Assembly: GCA_002269645.1 (NCBI GenBank)
Contig: NIVC01000019.1
Span: 496,001-560,000, forward strand
Direction of reading: 5' to 3'
Length of the DNA stretch: 64,000 bases
From: Macrostomum lignano
Lineage: Eukaryota
The notes under the pieces were generated by a model that did not search any database, was not told the origin of the DNA, and saw only the letters and a program-made list of their open reading frames with translations. Position numbers and translations under genes: made by a program. This document shows, one piece after another, positions 1 to 12,439 of this stretch. How positions within the stretch are numbered: position 1 is the stretch's first letter; every line of letters begins with the position of its first letter.

Positions 1-406
1 CCGGCTTGGAGGCCTCGTCGGCTGCCCGCGCGTTGGCCGACGGTCGGATCGACCTGTCGGTTTTGTGCCTGCGCTCGGCGCCCGGGCCCTGCCTGACGGA
101 GCTTCAGCAGGTTCAGCGCCAACAGCAGCAGCAGCAGCAGCATTTTAGCTTGACCATCTCCAGTCCGGCTGATTGCTCGCTGAAGGCGGTTTCCGAAGCG
201 GTCCAGTCGCTGTGCCAGAGTCGCCTGTCGCCAATGACAGTTCGACTGCATTGCGGCAGCGTCACCCAGCTGGTGGAGCTGCATCCGGGACCTTCCGGCT
301 GCGACCGATTCGTTGGGTCCGGCTGCAGAAGCCCGCGGCGGTACCAGCCCGATAAGGATGTCCGGCTGATCGGCTTCCTGCAGGTCGGCTGATGGTTCGA
401 TAGACC

Positions 407-487
<81 letters not shown>

Positions 488-528
488 CAGACAGACAGAC
501 AGGCAGACAGACAGGCAGATACACAGGC

Positions 529-569
<41 letters not shown>

Positions 570-2206
570 GCCCGACAGACAGACATAGATACACAGACAC
601 ATAGACAGACAGACAGACAGGCAGGCAGATACACAGGCAGACAGACAGACAGCCAGATAAACAGACAGACAGACAGACAGGCAGATACACAGACAGACAG
701 ACAGACAGACACACACACAGACACACAGACAGGCAGATACACAGACAGGCAGATACACAGGCAGACAGACAGACAGACAGACAGGCAGATACACAGGCAG
801 ACAGACAGACAGACACACACACAGACACACAGACAGGCAGATACACAGACAGGCAGATACACAGACAGACAGGCAGACACACAGAGCAGTTACACTGATT
901 CATTCCGCATTGCCTTATCTGTCCCAGATCTCGGAGATCTACAGCCCGGCCGTGCTGTCCCGTCACCTCGTACTGCCAGCCGCAGCCTTGCCAGAATCTT
1001 CCGCTGGCGCGCCAGGCGCCTCAGTCGAGCCGCCTCACCTTACTACGCTGCTTCAAGCCTCGCTTCGAGCCGATTCTTTTGTGGCTTTGGCAACGCTTGG
1101 CAACACCGAAGACTCCGATTGGTACTGCTTCTTGCACGCGCACCCCGGGGGCCGGCGCTGCGCCCTGCTGCTGTCAGTGCTGGAGCCCGGCCCCGAGCCG
1201 GCCGTCTGGCTGGGCAAAATTCCCTACCTGGCTCCAGCCAGCGATTTTGATGAGGCCGCTCTGGCCAATGTTAACCCGTTCCCGGTGAAGCCCAAAGGAA
1301 ACAAGCCGAGCTACGCTGCGTCCTGCATTGTGTGGACTAAGCAGGCGTCGGTATGTCTGACTAAACTCTGAATCTTAGCTGCGGCGCATTGACACCTGGT
1401 GTCGGTGTGACATTTGTGACACCTGTGTGCTAGTCAGTGTGACACCTGTGTGCTAGTCAGTGTGACACCTGTGTGCTAGTCAGTGTGACACCTGTGTGCT
1501 AGTCAGTGTGACACCTGTGTGCTAGTCAGTGTGACACCTGTGTGCTAGTCAGTGTGACACCTGTGTGCTAGTCAGTGTGACACCTGTGTGCTAGTCAGTG
1601 TGACACCTGTGTGCTAGTCAGTGTGACACCTGTGTGCTAGTCAGTGTGACACCTGTGTGCTAGTCAGTGTGACACCTGTGTGCTAGTCAGTGTGACACCT
1701 GTGTGCTAGTCAGTGTGACACCTGTGTGCTAGTCAGTGTGACACCTGTGTGCTAGTCAGTGTGACACCTGTGTGCTAGTCAATAATACCTGTGTGCCAAC
1801 GGTACAGTACTTACAAGCTCTACAAGTCCCCACAATCCCCATTCAACATCAGGTAGTGGCCGACGTACAAAAGATCAGCCGCTGGGCCAGAAAACTGCCA
1901 GACAAAGCCAATCAATTCTACCAGGAGCTGAACAGACTGCGCCGTCACGCCCTGACCATCGGCTTTGTTGAACTGCTGTCGGCTGTGCGCGATCTGCTGC
2001 AACGCGAATACGACTCTCTAGCGGTTGGCACTCCGGCCGCTGAACGGCAGGCCGAGCACCTGCGCCACGCCGTGGCCATGCTGCAGCCGGCCCATTGGAC
2101 CAACGACATCCAGCCGCCGCTGTCCAGACCGAAGCCGCTGGCTGGAGACGCCGGGGCGAACGTTAACGCCGACGGGGTCATCGATCTGACTGTGTCTAAG
2201 CGATAG
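1..2206 (+). CDS. INTS14: Integrator complex subunit 14 (VWA9), 5'-partial; exons <1..383, 928..1350, 1853..2206
   Basis: Spliced translation gives IGFLQ|[17 protein letters not shown] ... [17 protein letters not shown] ... [21 protein letters not shown]|[38 protein letters not shown], matching the recalled INTS14 C-terminal half. GT/AG junctions at 384/927 and 1351/1852 are both phase 0; stop TAG at 2204-2206. Confidence 0.9.
403..885. repeat. (AGAC)n microsatellite with variant units, INTS14 intron
   Basis: Direct reading. Confidence 0.95.
1417..1790. repeat. 23-bp minisatellite (GACACCTGTGTGCTAGTCAGTGT)n, ~16 copies, INTS14 intron
   Basis: Period 23 read directly (1441, 1464, ...). Confidence 0.95.
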
Positions 2207-2245
2207 GCCGGTTAGCATGTTTTCGAGGAAGATTTCTTTTGGTTC

Positions 2246-2552
2246 TAGGGTCGGCAAACCGGCCCCCGCAAAGCCTCTCTATCCCGCCCTCGGGTCCTTT
2301 GAAACTTCTCAATAGCTATCCGGCCCGCTCAAGGTTTGTGCCTCTTCTCAACTCCCTTCTCTCTAATATAATCTCTCCTCTATCCTCTTTCCTCTCCTCT
2401 TCTCTCTCCCTCTCTCCTCTCCCTTCTCCCTTCTCCCCTTTCTTTCTCTTCTCTCCTTTCTCTTCCTTCCTCTCTCCTCTCCTTCTCTCTCCTCTCCCCT
2501 CTCTCTTCCCTCCTCTCTCCTATCTCTCATCTCTCTCCTCTCTCCCCTCCTC
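2246..2552 (+). mobile_element. hAT(Charlie)-like MITE head followed by CT-rich simple repeat
   Basis: TAGGGTCGGCAAACCGGCCC resembles the CAGGGGTCGGCAAAC-type hAT terminus. Its internal GGTCCTTTGAAA..CCGGCCCGCTCAAGGTTTG segment is shared with 52137-52255 and partly with 32575-32640. Confidence 0.5.
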
Positions 2553-2939
2553 TGGCAACTGTAACAGTAAATAGAACTAAAAAACGTTCTGCATTTCTTG
2601 TATTCAAGGTTGCTTATGTCTTTTGCTTTGTTAAACAACTATAAATACCCCATGCTGCTCATAGTAGTACATTTCTGTTGGCTTATGTAATTGCCTTAAC
2701 CAGTAACCTATTCTAGCCATACTTTGATATTTCAAAGTTGCAAATACAATTGTGCATTAATTGACTGTTAGAGTGGATCATAGTTTTGTTTTTTAATCTG
2801 TACTTTAGTAACCAATTGTTTTAGTAGGTCGCAACCTATAATTCTTTCCGTTATTGTTGCGTTAGAAACACGCGTTTCATCGAGTCAGCAGTGTCATGGA
2901 GTATTTCTGCGTCCGAATTCAGATAGCGGGTCATTGTAC

Positions 2940-3955
2940 TTGAGTAGGTTATGTGTCAGAGTCATTGAGTGTGTCATAGAGTCATTGGGTGTATCATTGA
3001 GTTATAGGGTAGGTCATTGGGTATGTTATAGGGTTATTGTGTATGTCATAGAGTCATTGTGTATGCCATAGCGTCATTGTGTATGTCATAGAGTCATTGT
3101 GTATGTCATAGGGTCATTGTGTATGTCATAGGGTCATTGTGTATGTCATAGGGTCATTGTGTATGTCATAGAGTCATTGTGTATGTCATAGGGTCATTGT
3201 GTATGTCATAGGGTCATTGTGTATGTCATAGGGTCATTGTGTATGTCATAGGGTCATTGTGTATGTCATAGAGTCATTGTGTATGTCATAGGGTCATTGT
3301 GTATGTCATAGAGTCATTGTGTATGTCATAGGGTCATTGTGTATGTCATAGGGTCATTGTGTATGTCATAGGGTCATTGTGTATGTCATAGAGTCATTGT
3401 GTATGCCATAGCGTCATTGTGTATGTCATAGAGTCATTGTGTATGTCATAGGGTCATTGTTTATGTCATAGGGTCATTGTTTATGTCATAGGGTCATTGT
3501 GTATGTCATAGGGTCATTGTGTATGTCATAGAGTCATTGTGTATGTCATAGGGTCATTGTGTATGTCATAGGGTCATTGTGTATGTCATAGAGTCATTGT
3601 GTATGTCATAGAGTCATTGTGTATGTCATAGGGTCATTGTGTATGTCATAGGTCATTGTGTATGTCATAGGGTCATTGTGTATGTCATAGAGTCATTGTG
3701 TATGCCATAGCGTCATTGTGTATGTCATAGAGTCATTGTGTATGTCATAGGGTCATTGTGTATGTCATAGGGTCATTGTGTATGTCATAGGGTCATTGTG
3801 TATGTCATAGAGTCATTGTGTATGTCATAGGGTCATTGTGTATGTCATAGGGTCATTGTGTATGTCATAGGGTCATTGTGTATGTCATAGAGTCATTGTG
3901 TATGTCATAGGGTCATTGTGTATGTCATAGGGTCATTGTGTATGTCATAGAGTCA
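2940..3955. repeat. 20-bp minisatellite (GTCATTGTGTATGTCATAGG)n, ~48 copies
   Basis: Direct reading; degenerate at the left end. Confidence 0.95.
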
Positions 3956-4000
3956 AGCAGTCAGCAGGTGAGTGATAGGTTACAGGTGCTTGTTAATGGA

Positions 4001-4996
4001 ATGAATTCGCTTGTCCCCGCAGCCGAAGCCGCCCTCCAAAGCGCCATTTTGATGCTAACGATAGAGGGCCCCAGCAATGCGGAAGCCGCCGCAGTCGGCA
4101 GACGCTCGCAGCAGATGGCTCTGACTACGTCGGCTAAAACTTCGGCAGCAGCGGTCAACACCGGGACAGCTTCCAACACTGCCGACCTCCTTGACCGAAT
4201 GTTGTGCACGCCGCAGCCGCTGCAGCCGCCGCCGCCACCGCCTCCTCGGCCGCCTCCGCCGCCCATGCTCGGCGCTCATCAGCATCAGCAACCTCAGCAG
4301 CCTCAGCAGCAGAATCGCTGGTTGACCTCCACCATCGCGCATGCGACTGTCGGGCCAGCCGACCGCGGCGTCAGCACCCCTGAGGCCGTGTCCAACTCCT
4401 CTAGCGGCGTGTCGCTCAGCCTGCCGCCAGCAGCGGCATCCGTATGCAAGCAGCAGCAGCAGCTGAGCCAGCAGCAGCAGCAGCAGACATCTTTAGAGCG
4501 GGAGTGGTCCAGGCGCATCTCCGCCGGCCTCTGTCCGCACTGCGACGCCCCGGCTGCCACTGACGAGCAGCGCCACTTCCACGAGCGCGTGCACGCCATG
4601 GACGAGCTGTACCGCTGCCAGCTGTGCGCCTGCCGATTTGCCTATCCCTGCTCTCTAAGAATGCACAACAACTTACACGCCAATCGTAGCCTGTTCCTGC
4701 AGCAGCAGCAGCAGCAGCATCGGCAACAGCAGCAACAGCAACAGCAACAGCAACACTATCCAGAGCAGCAGGACCTCGTGCCGCAACAGGCTGCATCTTA
4801 CCAGCAGCAGCAGCAACAGCAGTACGCTGCCGCTGGAGGTAAAATGACTCTTCCAGCCTCTCATCAGCATCATCAGCAGCAGCAGCAGCAGTCGCTAATG
4901 CAGCAGCGCAGTCCTCATGAGTGCCCGCAGTGCGGCCGCGGCTACGTCAGAGCCGGCAACCTGCGCAATCATATGCGCCGCTTTCATCCTTACTAG
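4001..4996 (+). CDS. C2H2 zinc-finger protein with polyQ/polyP tracts (3 fingers)
   Basis: Fingers CPHC..HERVH, YRCQLCACRF..LRMHNNLH and HECPQCGRGY..LRNHMRRFH. First ATG outside the repeat is at 4001; a possible upstream acceptor TACAG at 3981-3985 leaves the true start uncertain. Confidence 0.8.
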   Translation: MNSLVPAAEAALQSAILMLTIEGPSNAEAAAVGRRSQQMALTTSAKTSAAAVNTGTASNTADLLDRMLCTPQPLQPPPPPPPRPPPPPMLGAHQHQQPQQPQQQNRWLTSTIAHATVGPADRGVSTPEAVSNSSSGVSLSLPPAAASVCKQQQQLSQQQQQQTSLEREWSRRISAGLCPHCDAPAATDEQRHFHERVHAMDELYRCQLCACRFAYPCSLRMHNNLHANRSLFLQQQQQQHRQQQQQQQQQQHYPEQQDLVPQQAASYQQQQQQQYAAAGGKMTLPASHQHHQQQQQQSLMQQRSPHECPQCGRGYVRAGNLRNHMRRFHPY

Positions 4997-7611
4997 AAAT
5001 TGTTCTGTAGGCCGTGATTTATTAATTATCCTATCTACCTGGCCAACCAAAAGTGGGGCAGGTTTATTGAGCCGTCTTTCTGTTTTGCCGCTCCCCAGAA
5101 TGGGAAGAATTGCGGGCATGTGCACACGAAATTATTTGGGTTTTTTAATAAAATAATTCAGTTTTCCTCTGAATAATTTATTGGATGCGGCAATTCTTCA
5201 AACTGTTGTTGCTTCATTCGAGTGCAGCGAAGCTGGCAAGGCTCGCCTTCTATTATATTTTATAAAAGCGTCTAATTTCAGGCTTTCCTTGATTCGCAGG
5301 TATTATTATATTAAAGTGACATCCTACTCATGTGTTGTTTATGTGTTTGCTTAATCTATTCATAAGGCGGTCAGATAGACTAGAAGCTTGATCTTGATTC
5401 CGCTCATATTCAATAACTAATGATGCGTTTTATTAATTTATTTCACCCCATCTTTATCCTGTGTTTGGCGTTTTACACTATGTCGATTTTTTTTCTGTTA
5501 AGTCTTATAAGCTTATTGATTTCTAATTAAATTGGTCAGGTGTCTAATGCTGCAAGATTTCCTTTGTTCAAAATCTCACTTAGTTTCTGCCGCAGATACT
5601 ATAATGGTTAGATTGATCTATATTAGGCATATTTAATTGGTTATAACACTTTCTCTACTTAGGTCAGTAGCAAGGAAGGATATGTAAGCTATTTTATAAT
5701 AAGAAAGGCAGTTAGGTTAGCAGAAGAAAAGCTACCAATCTGGCTATTTATAGCATCCGTAGTTCCTGTTGAAGTGTCTAATAAACTGGAATTCCTCGGC
5801 AGTGACATCTCCATAATCCCTAACAATCCCTAGTTTAACATCGCGCTTGATTCCTTTTTTGTCGGGCTATGTTTTTCTTGCTGATAACTGCTTTTGCTTG
5901 TGGTTTTTGCTTTTGCTTCTGTTTTTTCAATTTTTGTTTTGTTCTATTTCAGAAAAACAAGTGTCGCTAGTGCTTGCTTGTTTTGTAAATTTTACAAAAA
6001 TTGGAACGCTTTCAAAAGTATGATGACCTTTCATTTTTCAAATATAAAAATTTTAAATTATAACTGTAAATTGCTTTTTGTACTACTTTCATTTTCATTC
6101 ATAGGTTAAAGTGGATTCCGAGAGCCGGCAACTATGCAATGTTTGGCTTTCACGCCCCTTGTACTACTACCGCAGTAGTATAGTTGTTTTTTATCTTCCG
6201 ATAGCCTTCGGCCTAGAAACTTTTGTCTCCTTGTCCTCACTTATAAGATTTGTCTTTGTCTTTCCAGGAATCGCAACACTTCAATTTAATTCAAACTTTA
6301 TCGATCCGATTTGTTTGCATTAATTAGCTTTTCGTTTTATTACCGGGTTCTTTTCAATTAATTGCCAATTTAACAATTTAAACAATTTAAACAATTTAAA
6401 GTTGTTTGTTTTTTTCATTAAATAAGCTAAATTTTCTTTTGTTCGTAGTCCTACACAGTTAGGGAGTCCCCCCGTTTTCCTCAACGTTTGTTTTACTGCT
6501 AGAATTGTGTTGATTCTTTTTATTGTTAACACTGCCCCAGATAAATTCCACTTACTACCAATGTAAGATGTTAAAATAAGTCATCATCACTTTCTATTCA
6601 TTACCGCAAAGTCAAAGTAAGCTGGGGCTTAATAAATTGGCTTGGATTAAAGTTAGAAAATCACGTGATACAATTTGTTATCAGTTAGGGAGGGGGGTTG
6701 GTCTATGTACATTCACTGGCGGTCGGATAAATGTACATTGGCAAGAGTTTTTTTAACCGGCTTGGGTGCCATAAAATAGAATGGGGTGTTGGGGTGCTGA
6801 AATTGGGCCGTTTGTCTGCGACCATTAGACCGATAAATGAACTAGTACGAGGTAGTAGTAAAACATATAATTTAAGATTATTGATGAATTGTTAATGGAC
6901 TAAGCTTGTTGTATTTGCAAGGACTTATCGATATTAGTGTGTCTGTGCTTCTGACCCCTGTATTGCAATGGTGTTCCATGTTTAGAGATTCGAAAAATAA
7001 CTCGAAGAAAAGCCTTTTCACATTTGTAGCAGTTCTCTCAGTCGCATTGATCCAACCGATTGAAAAGCAAAGTTAATTTTTTCGTATAAATTCATCAATT
7101 TCCTAATCTGAGGCCTTTTGTCAATTGTTAATAAAAAGTACAACTTCATTGATTTTTTGTGTTATGAATTTGCACAATCCTGTTTTGATCCTTCGCTATT
7201 GTTAGTCACATTCGCGAGCACAAGGTAGCCGCTAGCTCCGCTACTCGTGTAAAGTAGCATGTTAAGTAAATACCCAACTGTCTATCGCTTTGACGGCGCA
7301 CTTCGATATTCCGCACTTCTTTGTTCGCTTCTGTTCTATTGGCTAAATAGACGATTCAGTCTTTCATCGCCTGCACCCCTTGCTCCTAACCTAATATCAT
7401 ACTCGTATGCACTTCCCGATGCTCTGCTGTTTTCTCCGGGTTCGATACCTGCTATTTTTTGTTCTAATGTGCTTCTCTTTGGTGTGTCGGAGTCCTAACC
7501 TCTGCTTCGCAAATTTCCCTCTCTGAGAATTTGCATGAATTTTTTTAATTATACTGTCATTGTGGCAAGCGGAGAGCAATGTAACTCCCAGAACTGCAGT
7601 TGCTGGGCCAC

Positions 7612-7851
7612 CGCCAACCTCCCAGATCCTCAGTTGCTGGGCCAGCCTCCCAGATCTTCAATGCTGGGCCAGCCTCCCAGATCCTCAGTTGCTGGGCCAG
7701 CCTCCCAGATCCTCAGTTGCTGGGCCAGCCTTCCAGATCCTCAGTTGCTGGGCCAGCCTTCCAGATCCTCAGTTGCTGGGGCAGCCTCCCAGATCCTCAG
7801 TTGCTGGGCCAGCCTCCCAGATCCTCAGTTGCTGTGCCAGCCTCCCAGATC
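7612..7851. repeat. 28-bp minisatellite (CCCAGATCCTCAGTTGCTGGGCCAGCCT)n, ~8 copies
   Basis: Direct reading. Confidence 0.9.
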
Positions 7852-9085
7852 ACCTGTTATACAGTTTACGAGCGAACATTCTCATCATTTTAAAATGATT
7901 TCTGGCTGCCCAGGTACCTATGAAGCCCTTAAATACTTGAATAAAACACAGCTCCCCTGCGCTTGCCTTGGGCATGTTGCGAATGTCTTCTCTGCTACAA
8001 CTCCCATTGCTTTGTTTTTTATTATCAAATGGCGGGCCTACTTTTGTGCCCTTAGTGGTTTTTATTGTAACTAAGATAGTTATTGTACAGAAGAACTGTG
8101 CTTTCGTTGTTAGTTTTGTGTTCTTTTCCTGCTTGCTTGTTTCCCTCTAAAAATATCTTCTTCTCCTGCCCAGTGCGGCAAGTTGTACTCTCTGGTGAAT
8201 AATATTTAAATGGATAAGTACATTATATTATGACTAATTTGGTAATGGCTCATTACTTCTGTTCTCCCTCGATTCACTGCCTGCCTTTCTAGCGGCTCAC
8301 TACTGTTATTACTATTACAGTTATTGTTATTAATAATATATTGAGATGATTAATAGAGAAAACCGAGAAAAAGTGTGAGTGATTCGTGAGTGACCGCATT
8401 CAATATTTTCATTTGGATTTGACTCCAATTTTTTTCATTTTTGCTTATGCTAGTTTGCAATAATATTTTATTAGTGGAAAATCAGCTTAGCGGCAAACGC
8501 ATCTTACTCTCTCCTAGAATCCTAGTTTTCTGAACAAAAAACTTTATAAATATCAATAGAGCTATAAGAAAGGCACAACATATCAAAAGATGAACATTGG
8601 GTCTGCCTCCTATCAAAAGCAATAACAATTTTTGTGCTGAAAAAAATGAAAACTTCCTATCTCCGTAGTGCATTTTTCGGAAAACCTGGCTCCTAAAATT
8701 TTTCCAAGAAACGAGGTTTCCCGTCCTACTTGAGTAGTCCTTGAATCGAATGTGTAGTTGGCTGCACTACTGTTAGTAGAGATTTCGGAGTTTAAATTTC
8801 TATATGAAAAAGATCGACACCATAAAAGCTGTATCCAACAGACTATTGAAATTAGCTTGGTCTGGGAAATCTTAACGCTGCATGCATTCATGCAATAAGC
8901 ATAAAGTCCTGAACGATTTATTGAAAATTAATGTATTATTTATATACTCGTAGGTGTGCAGACGCATGAAAAAGGTATTTACAAGGTGCATCGATTTACC
9001 TGCATGTAGACACAACACAATATAACAAGTTAAGATGTGTACAAGATGCAAGGATTTCAAGCGTGCAGAGACAATATTTAAAATT

Positions 9086-9338
9086 AATTAACAGAGTCCC
9101 AAGTCCGTGAAGAGGCTGTCCGTTTCCGCGGCCAATTAATTCATCCCCGAGCTTCACAATCACACCGCTCCTTCACGGCCGCATTGTAGGATCTATAATT
9201 AAACATTGTATCGAGATCCGGTTGCGGCACCATTGCCGCAAGAGTCCCAACTCTGCAGCTTCCAATGCCGTAACACAGGATTGTTGAAGTTGCGCAGCGC
9301 CACCGGGCTGTTGATGTGCTCTAGCTGCTGCTGCTGCT
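9086..9338 (-). pseudogene. Degenerate intronless paralog of orphan gene A (3' part; 5' part at ~10743-10860, split by LINE)
   Basis: With frameshifts it reads LRQWCRN/PDLDTMFNYRSYNAAVKER.../AAETDSLFTDLGLC*, versus gene A LRRWCREPDLDM..RAYYAAKRER..AAKLDTLFPGSGLC*. Its downstream 8860-9090 is homologous to 11270-11490. Confidence 0.65.
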
Positions 9339-9360
9339 GTTGTTGTTGTTGTTGTTGTTG

Positions 9361-10714
9361 TTAGTTGGCCCAAACGCGCCCAGGATCCATGCAGAACCTG
9401 GCCAGCGCGACCAAACCATCAGGGTAATCGGACAAGTTGCTGAGGGAGAGCGGAGCTCCAATGAAGCGACGGCGGGCGGCCTCGAGAGCAGGGCACGCTG
9501 TCCAGTGCTCAAGGGTGTCTGGTTCGAGGAAGCACCTTTGGCACGTCGGATCCACCGTGGGGTCCATGAGGGCGCGGAAGGCTCCGAAGAGGCTGGAGTG
9601 GCCGGAGCGCAGCCGGGCAAGAAGGACAGCGTCTTTGCGGTTAGTAATAAGCCGACGTTCCTTTTCGGCGTCGGCGGAGGCATAGGTGAGACGAGATCTC
9701 GCGTGGGTGACCGGCTTGTCAACCAGAGTGCGGCGGATCACCGAGGCGGCAGTGGGAAAACTGATGCTGGGGCGCGGTGCTTCATCGGCGTTGGCGGCAG
9801 CGGAGTTAGCAGCGCGGTCCGCGAGTTCATTGCCCGGAATGCCGACATGACCCGGGACCCACAGGAGAGCGCGGCAGTTGTGCGGGAAGCGGAGGGAAGA
9901 GGCCAGGCGGCTGAAGGGACGCTGAAGGGCGCGCAGAAGAGACTGACTGTCAGAGCAGATGATGGCAGGGCGCGTGGGGTGCGAGCGGAGGTAGTCGAGG
10001 GCTAGGACCAGAGCGCGGAGTTCCTCTTCAAAGGAGCTGGTGTAGCGGCTGCCAGCGGACGTGCGGGCTTCCACGGTCGTCGGGACTGCCGGGTCTCCGA
10101 TGGTGACCACAGCGGCCGCCCCGCCAGCCTCGGAGCCGCCGGCCGCCGAACCATCGCAGTAAATGACGAGCTCAGCCGGGTGAGACCGGATGACGTCGAG
10201 AGCGGCAAGACAGCGCTCCAACGGGGGCGTGGTGGCCGGAGGCAAAGGATTGTCAGCTAGGATCGCCGGAAGATGTTGGTCCAGCCAGGGGCATGGGAAG
10301 GCCGGTGTGAGCGGCAGACGCGGCGTGAGATCAATGCCAAGGCCATTGGCAAGCTGAGCCGAGCGGAGTCTCCAGCTACTGCGGGCGAGCCGGTGTTGCA
10401 CGGTGCCCGAGAGGGCGATGGCGCGAGGATGGTCGTTGGGCAGCCTGAGCGCGCGTTCCCTGGCGATGAGGCAAAGGCGGTCGCTGGTGTTCCTGTAGCT
10501 GCCGATGCCGGCCTCCAGGTGCACAGCGTCAAGCGGCGCCGAGCGGTGCAAGCCCGTGACGATTCTGAGGGCCTGGTTTTGCGCGCGCTCAAGGCGCTCG
10601 AAGGAGGTGCTGGAAAGCCAAGGTTGCCAAGCCGGGGCCGCGTAGTTAAGAAGGCTCTGCTGCATAGCCAGGTAGACGCCGCGAAGGCGCTCCTTGCGCC
10701 AACCCCAAGGAGTC
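9361..10714 (-). mobile_element. 5'-truncated non-LTR retrotransposon (I-group-like) with RNase H and C-terminal CCHC
   Basis: ORF 10665-9361 contains the post-RT region (LERAQNQALRIVTG), RNase H (IYCDGS, EEELRAL, SDSQS, WVPGHVGIPGNELAD) and ARLRSGH..CQRC..DTLEHWTAC. The stop is followed by (CAA)n, and both flanks carry duplicated (GCT)n(GTT)n. Confidence 0.9.
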
Positions 10715-10859
10715 GCTGCTGCTGCTGTTGTTGTTGTTGTTGATGACGGCCCCGCTGGGTCACCTGGTCATTGGGCCTACGGGAACGATCTGACTGCAAC
10801 GTGGCACAGCCAGCCGTCAATGTCCCGCTCACCATAGGACAGGGGTCTTGCACCAGTAT

Positions 10860-11119
10860 CAATTCCCCAGTATAGTCAGGTCGATCATGCCAGCGCCCAC
10901 TTGTATAGAATTGCGCAACGCAAGCCCAGACCGGCCGGCAATCCGAGCGTAGGTCCCATCAGGCGGTTGGATTGAAATTCCGAGAGGAACCCGCGCAACC
11001 GACCGGGCCCGGACAACAGCATCTTCAGAGGCGAAGAGATCAAAGCCAACAGAGCCGATCGTCTGGCGAGCCGGCGGGCGAGCACCATCAGTCAGCAGCG
11101 ACACCTTTAAAGCAGCCAT
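10860..11119 (-). pseudogene. DUT: dUTPase copy 1, truncated after motif III
   Basis: [38 protein letters not shown] then a 1-nt deletion (true reading DPDYTGEL). Homology to copy 2 stops abruptly at ~10860. Confidence 0.85.
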
Positions 11120-11485
11120 GATGACGTAGCTGGAATTGGTAAGTTTTTGGGGTTATATTCAGTCGCAGTGTTTACACACACACACACACAGACTGTTTTA
11201 ATAGTTTTTTTCATTCATTCTAAATATCATTACTCGAAAAAATGGTAAAATCTCAACACAATATTCAAATTTTACAAAACAATTTATTTGAAACTAATGC
11301 GCGAGGTGCATGTGGATAACGCATGTGTGCATTCACAACATTTAATGATATAGCGAGTTGAGATATATGGTGTGGGATGCATGAAAATTTAGCTTGAGTG
11401 CAGACACAACACTTGATAAAAACAAGATATGTACAAGGTGCATGAAAATAAAAATGCGTGCAGACACAACATTAAATTGTCAATA

Positions 11486-12125
11486 TTAACAAAGCCCCGA
11501 ACCGGGGAACAAAGTGTCTAATTTCGCGGCTATCTCCTCGTGGAGCTCCGCCTCATACAGTTCTCTCTCCCTTTTCGCGGCATAATAGGCCCTCTCCTCA
11601 GAGGGGTTGCCAAAACAATAGTCAGCTAGCTAGAATAGGGAATGGGTGGGGAAAGTTTTCCGCTATAATGCGTTGAAATTTTGAATCAGCAATTAGTTTT
11701 TAGTTGCAAAATGAAAAGTTTTCGGGTAAAATGCATTCATAGTAAAATCTGCAATTATTTACCATGTCCAAGTCAGGCTCGCGGCACCAACGCCGCAAAA
11801 ACTCTTGGTAGGCGGCCTCTTCATCGTCAGCCGCGGCAGCAGCAGCAACCTTTCCACTAGCAGCGTCACTACTGTGCTGCAGCCCCATCCGAGGGGCTAA
11901 ATTGATGCCCAATCGGCTGCTCTTCTTCTTCATCTTCGGATGTTGTTGCTGCTGCTGCTGCTGCCGATTTAGACTGCTGTCCGACTCTACATTATTTGCG
12001 GCGGCGGAGGCGGCGGTGGCTGCGGCATATTCCCAGGGACTGGCTCCCAACAGCCCACAGCCATTCGTTGCCGCAATAGCTGCCGCCGCACCAACCTAGA
12101 AAGTCGGCATCGGTGTCGTCGTCAA

Positions 12126-12165
<40 letters not shown>

Positions 12166-12420
12166 ACTGTTGCTGTCATTGTTACCACCGTTGTTATCGA
12201 GACCAGAGTCGTGCCTGATGGGTGTTGATGCGTTTAAAACTAGTTGGGCAGTGGAGCGAGGCGGGTTCCGGCCTACTCGACCACCCCCAACCCCGTACCA
12301 CAGGATTGAGGGAGATCGGCCCCCGCGACGCAGCGCCACCGCCGCCGCAACAAACTGAGTCGGCTCTTCTACACTGCTGCTGCCGTTGCCGCTATTCATG
12401 TGTGCTGGTGTGTAGTTGAT
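11486..12420 (-). pseudogene. Orphan gene A copy 1 (exon 1 ~12420..11763 with a frameshift, intron 11762..11630, exon 2 11629..11486)
   Basis: Homologous to 15342-16290. Donor ATG|GTAAAT and acceptor CCCTATTCTAG|CTA are phase 0. Exon 2 is 144 nt and open (LADYCFGNPSEERAYYAAKRERELYEAELHEEIAAKLDTLFPGSGLC*). Exon 1 is split between the ORF-track frames 11992-12423 and 11700-12050. Confidence 0.6.
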
Positions 12421-12439
12421 CACAAATTTTCAATTTGAA

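Noticed and set aside
113-966. Long ORFs of SVCL repeats (also 41510-43287, 52199-52828, 50567-51554, 57228-57878, 54799-55381, 37379-38144, 31368-32211, 17889-18535, 44153-44506)
   Set aside because: They are translations of stop-free micro/minisatellites, many inside introns of identified genes; not genes.
3965-3986. Perfect donor CAG|GTGAGT followed by TACAG 18 nt later (micro-intron)
   Set aside because: Too short for a spliceosomal intron, and it resembles a degenerate unit of the adjacent minisatellite.
5000-7500. Short AT-rich ORFs and faint coding-like stretches
   Set aside because: No motifs, homologs within the window or consistent splice signals.
9340-10862. Overlapping plus-strand and alternate-frame ORFs across the LINE
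   Set aside because: GC-rich shadow ORFs of the LINE ORF2.
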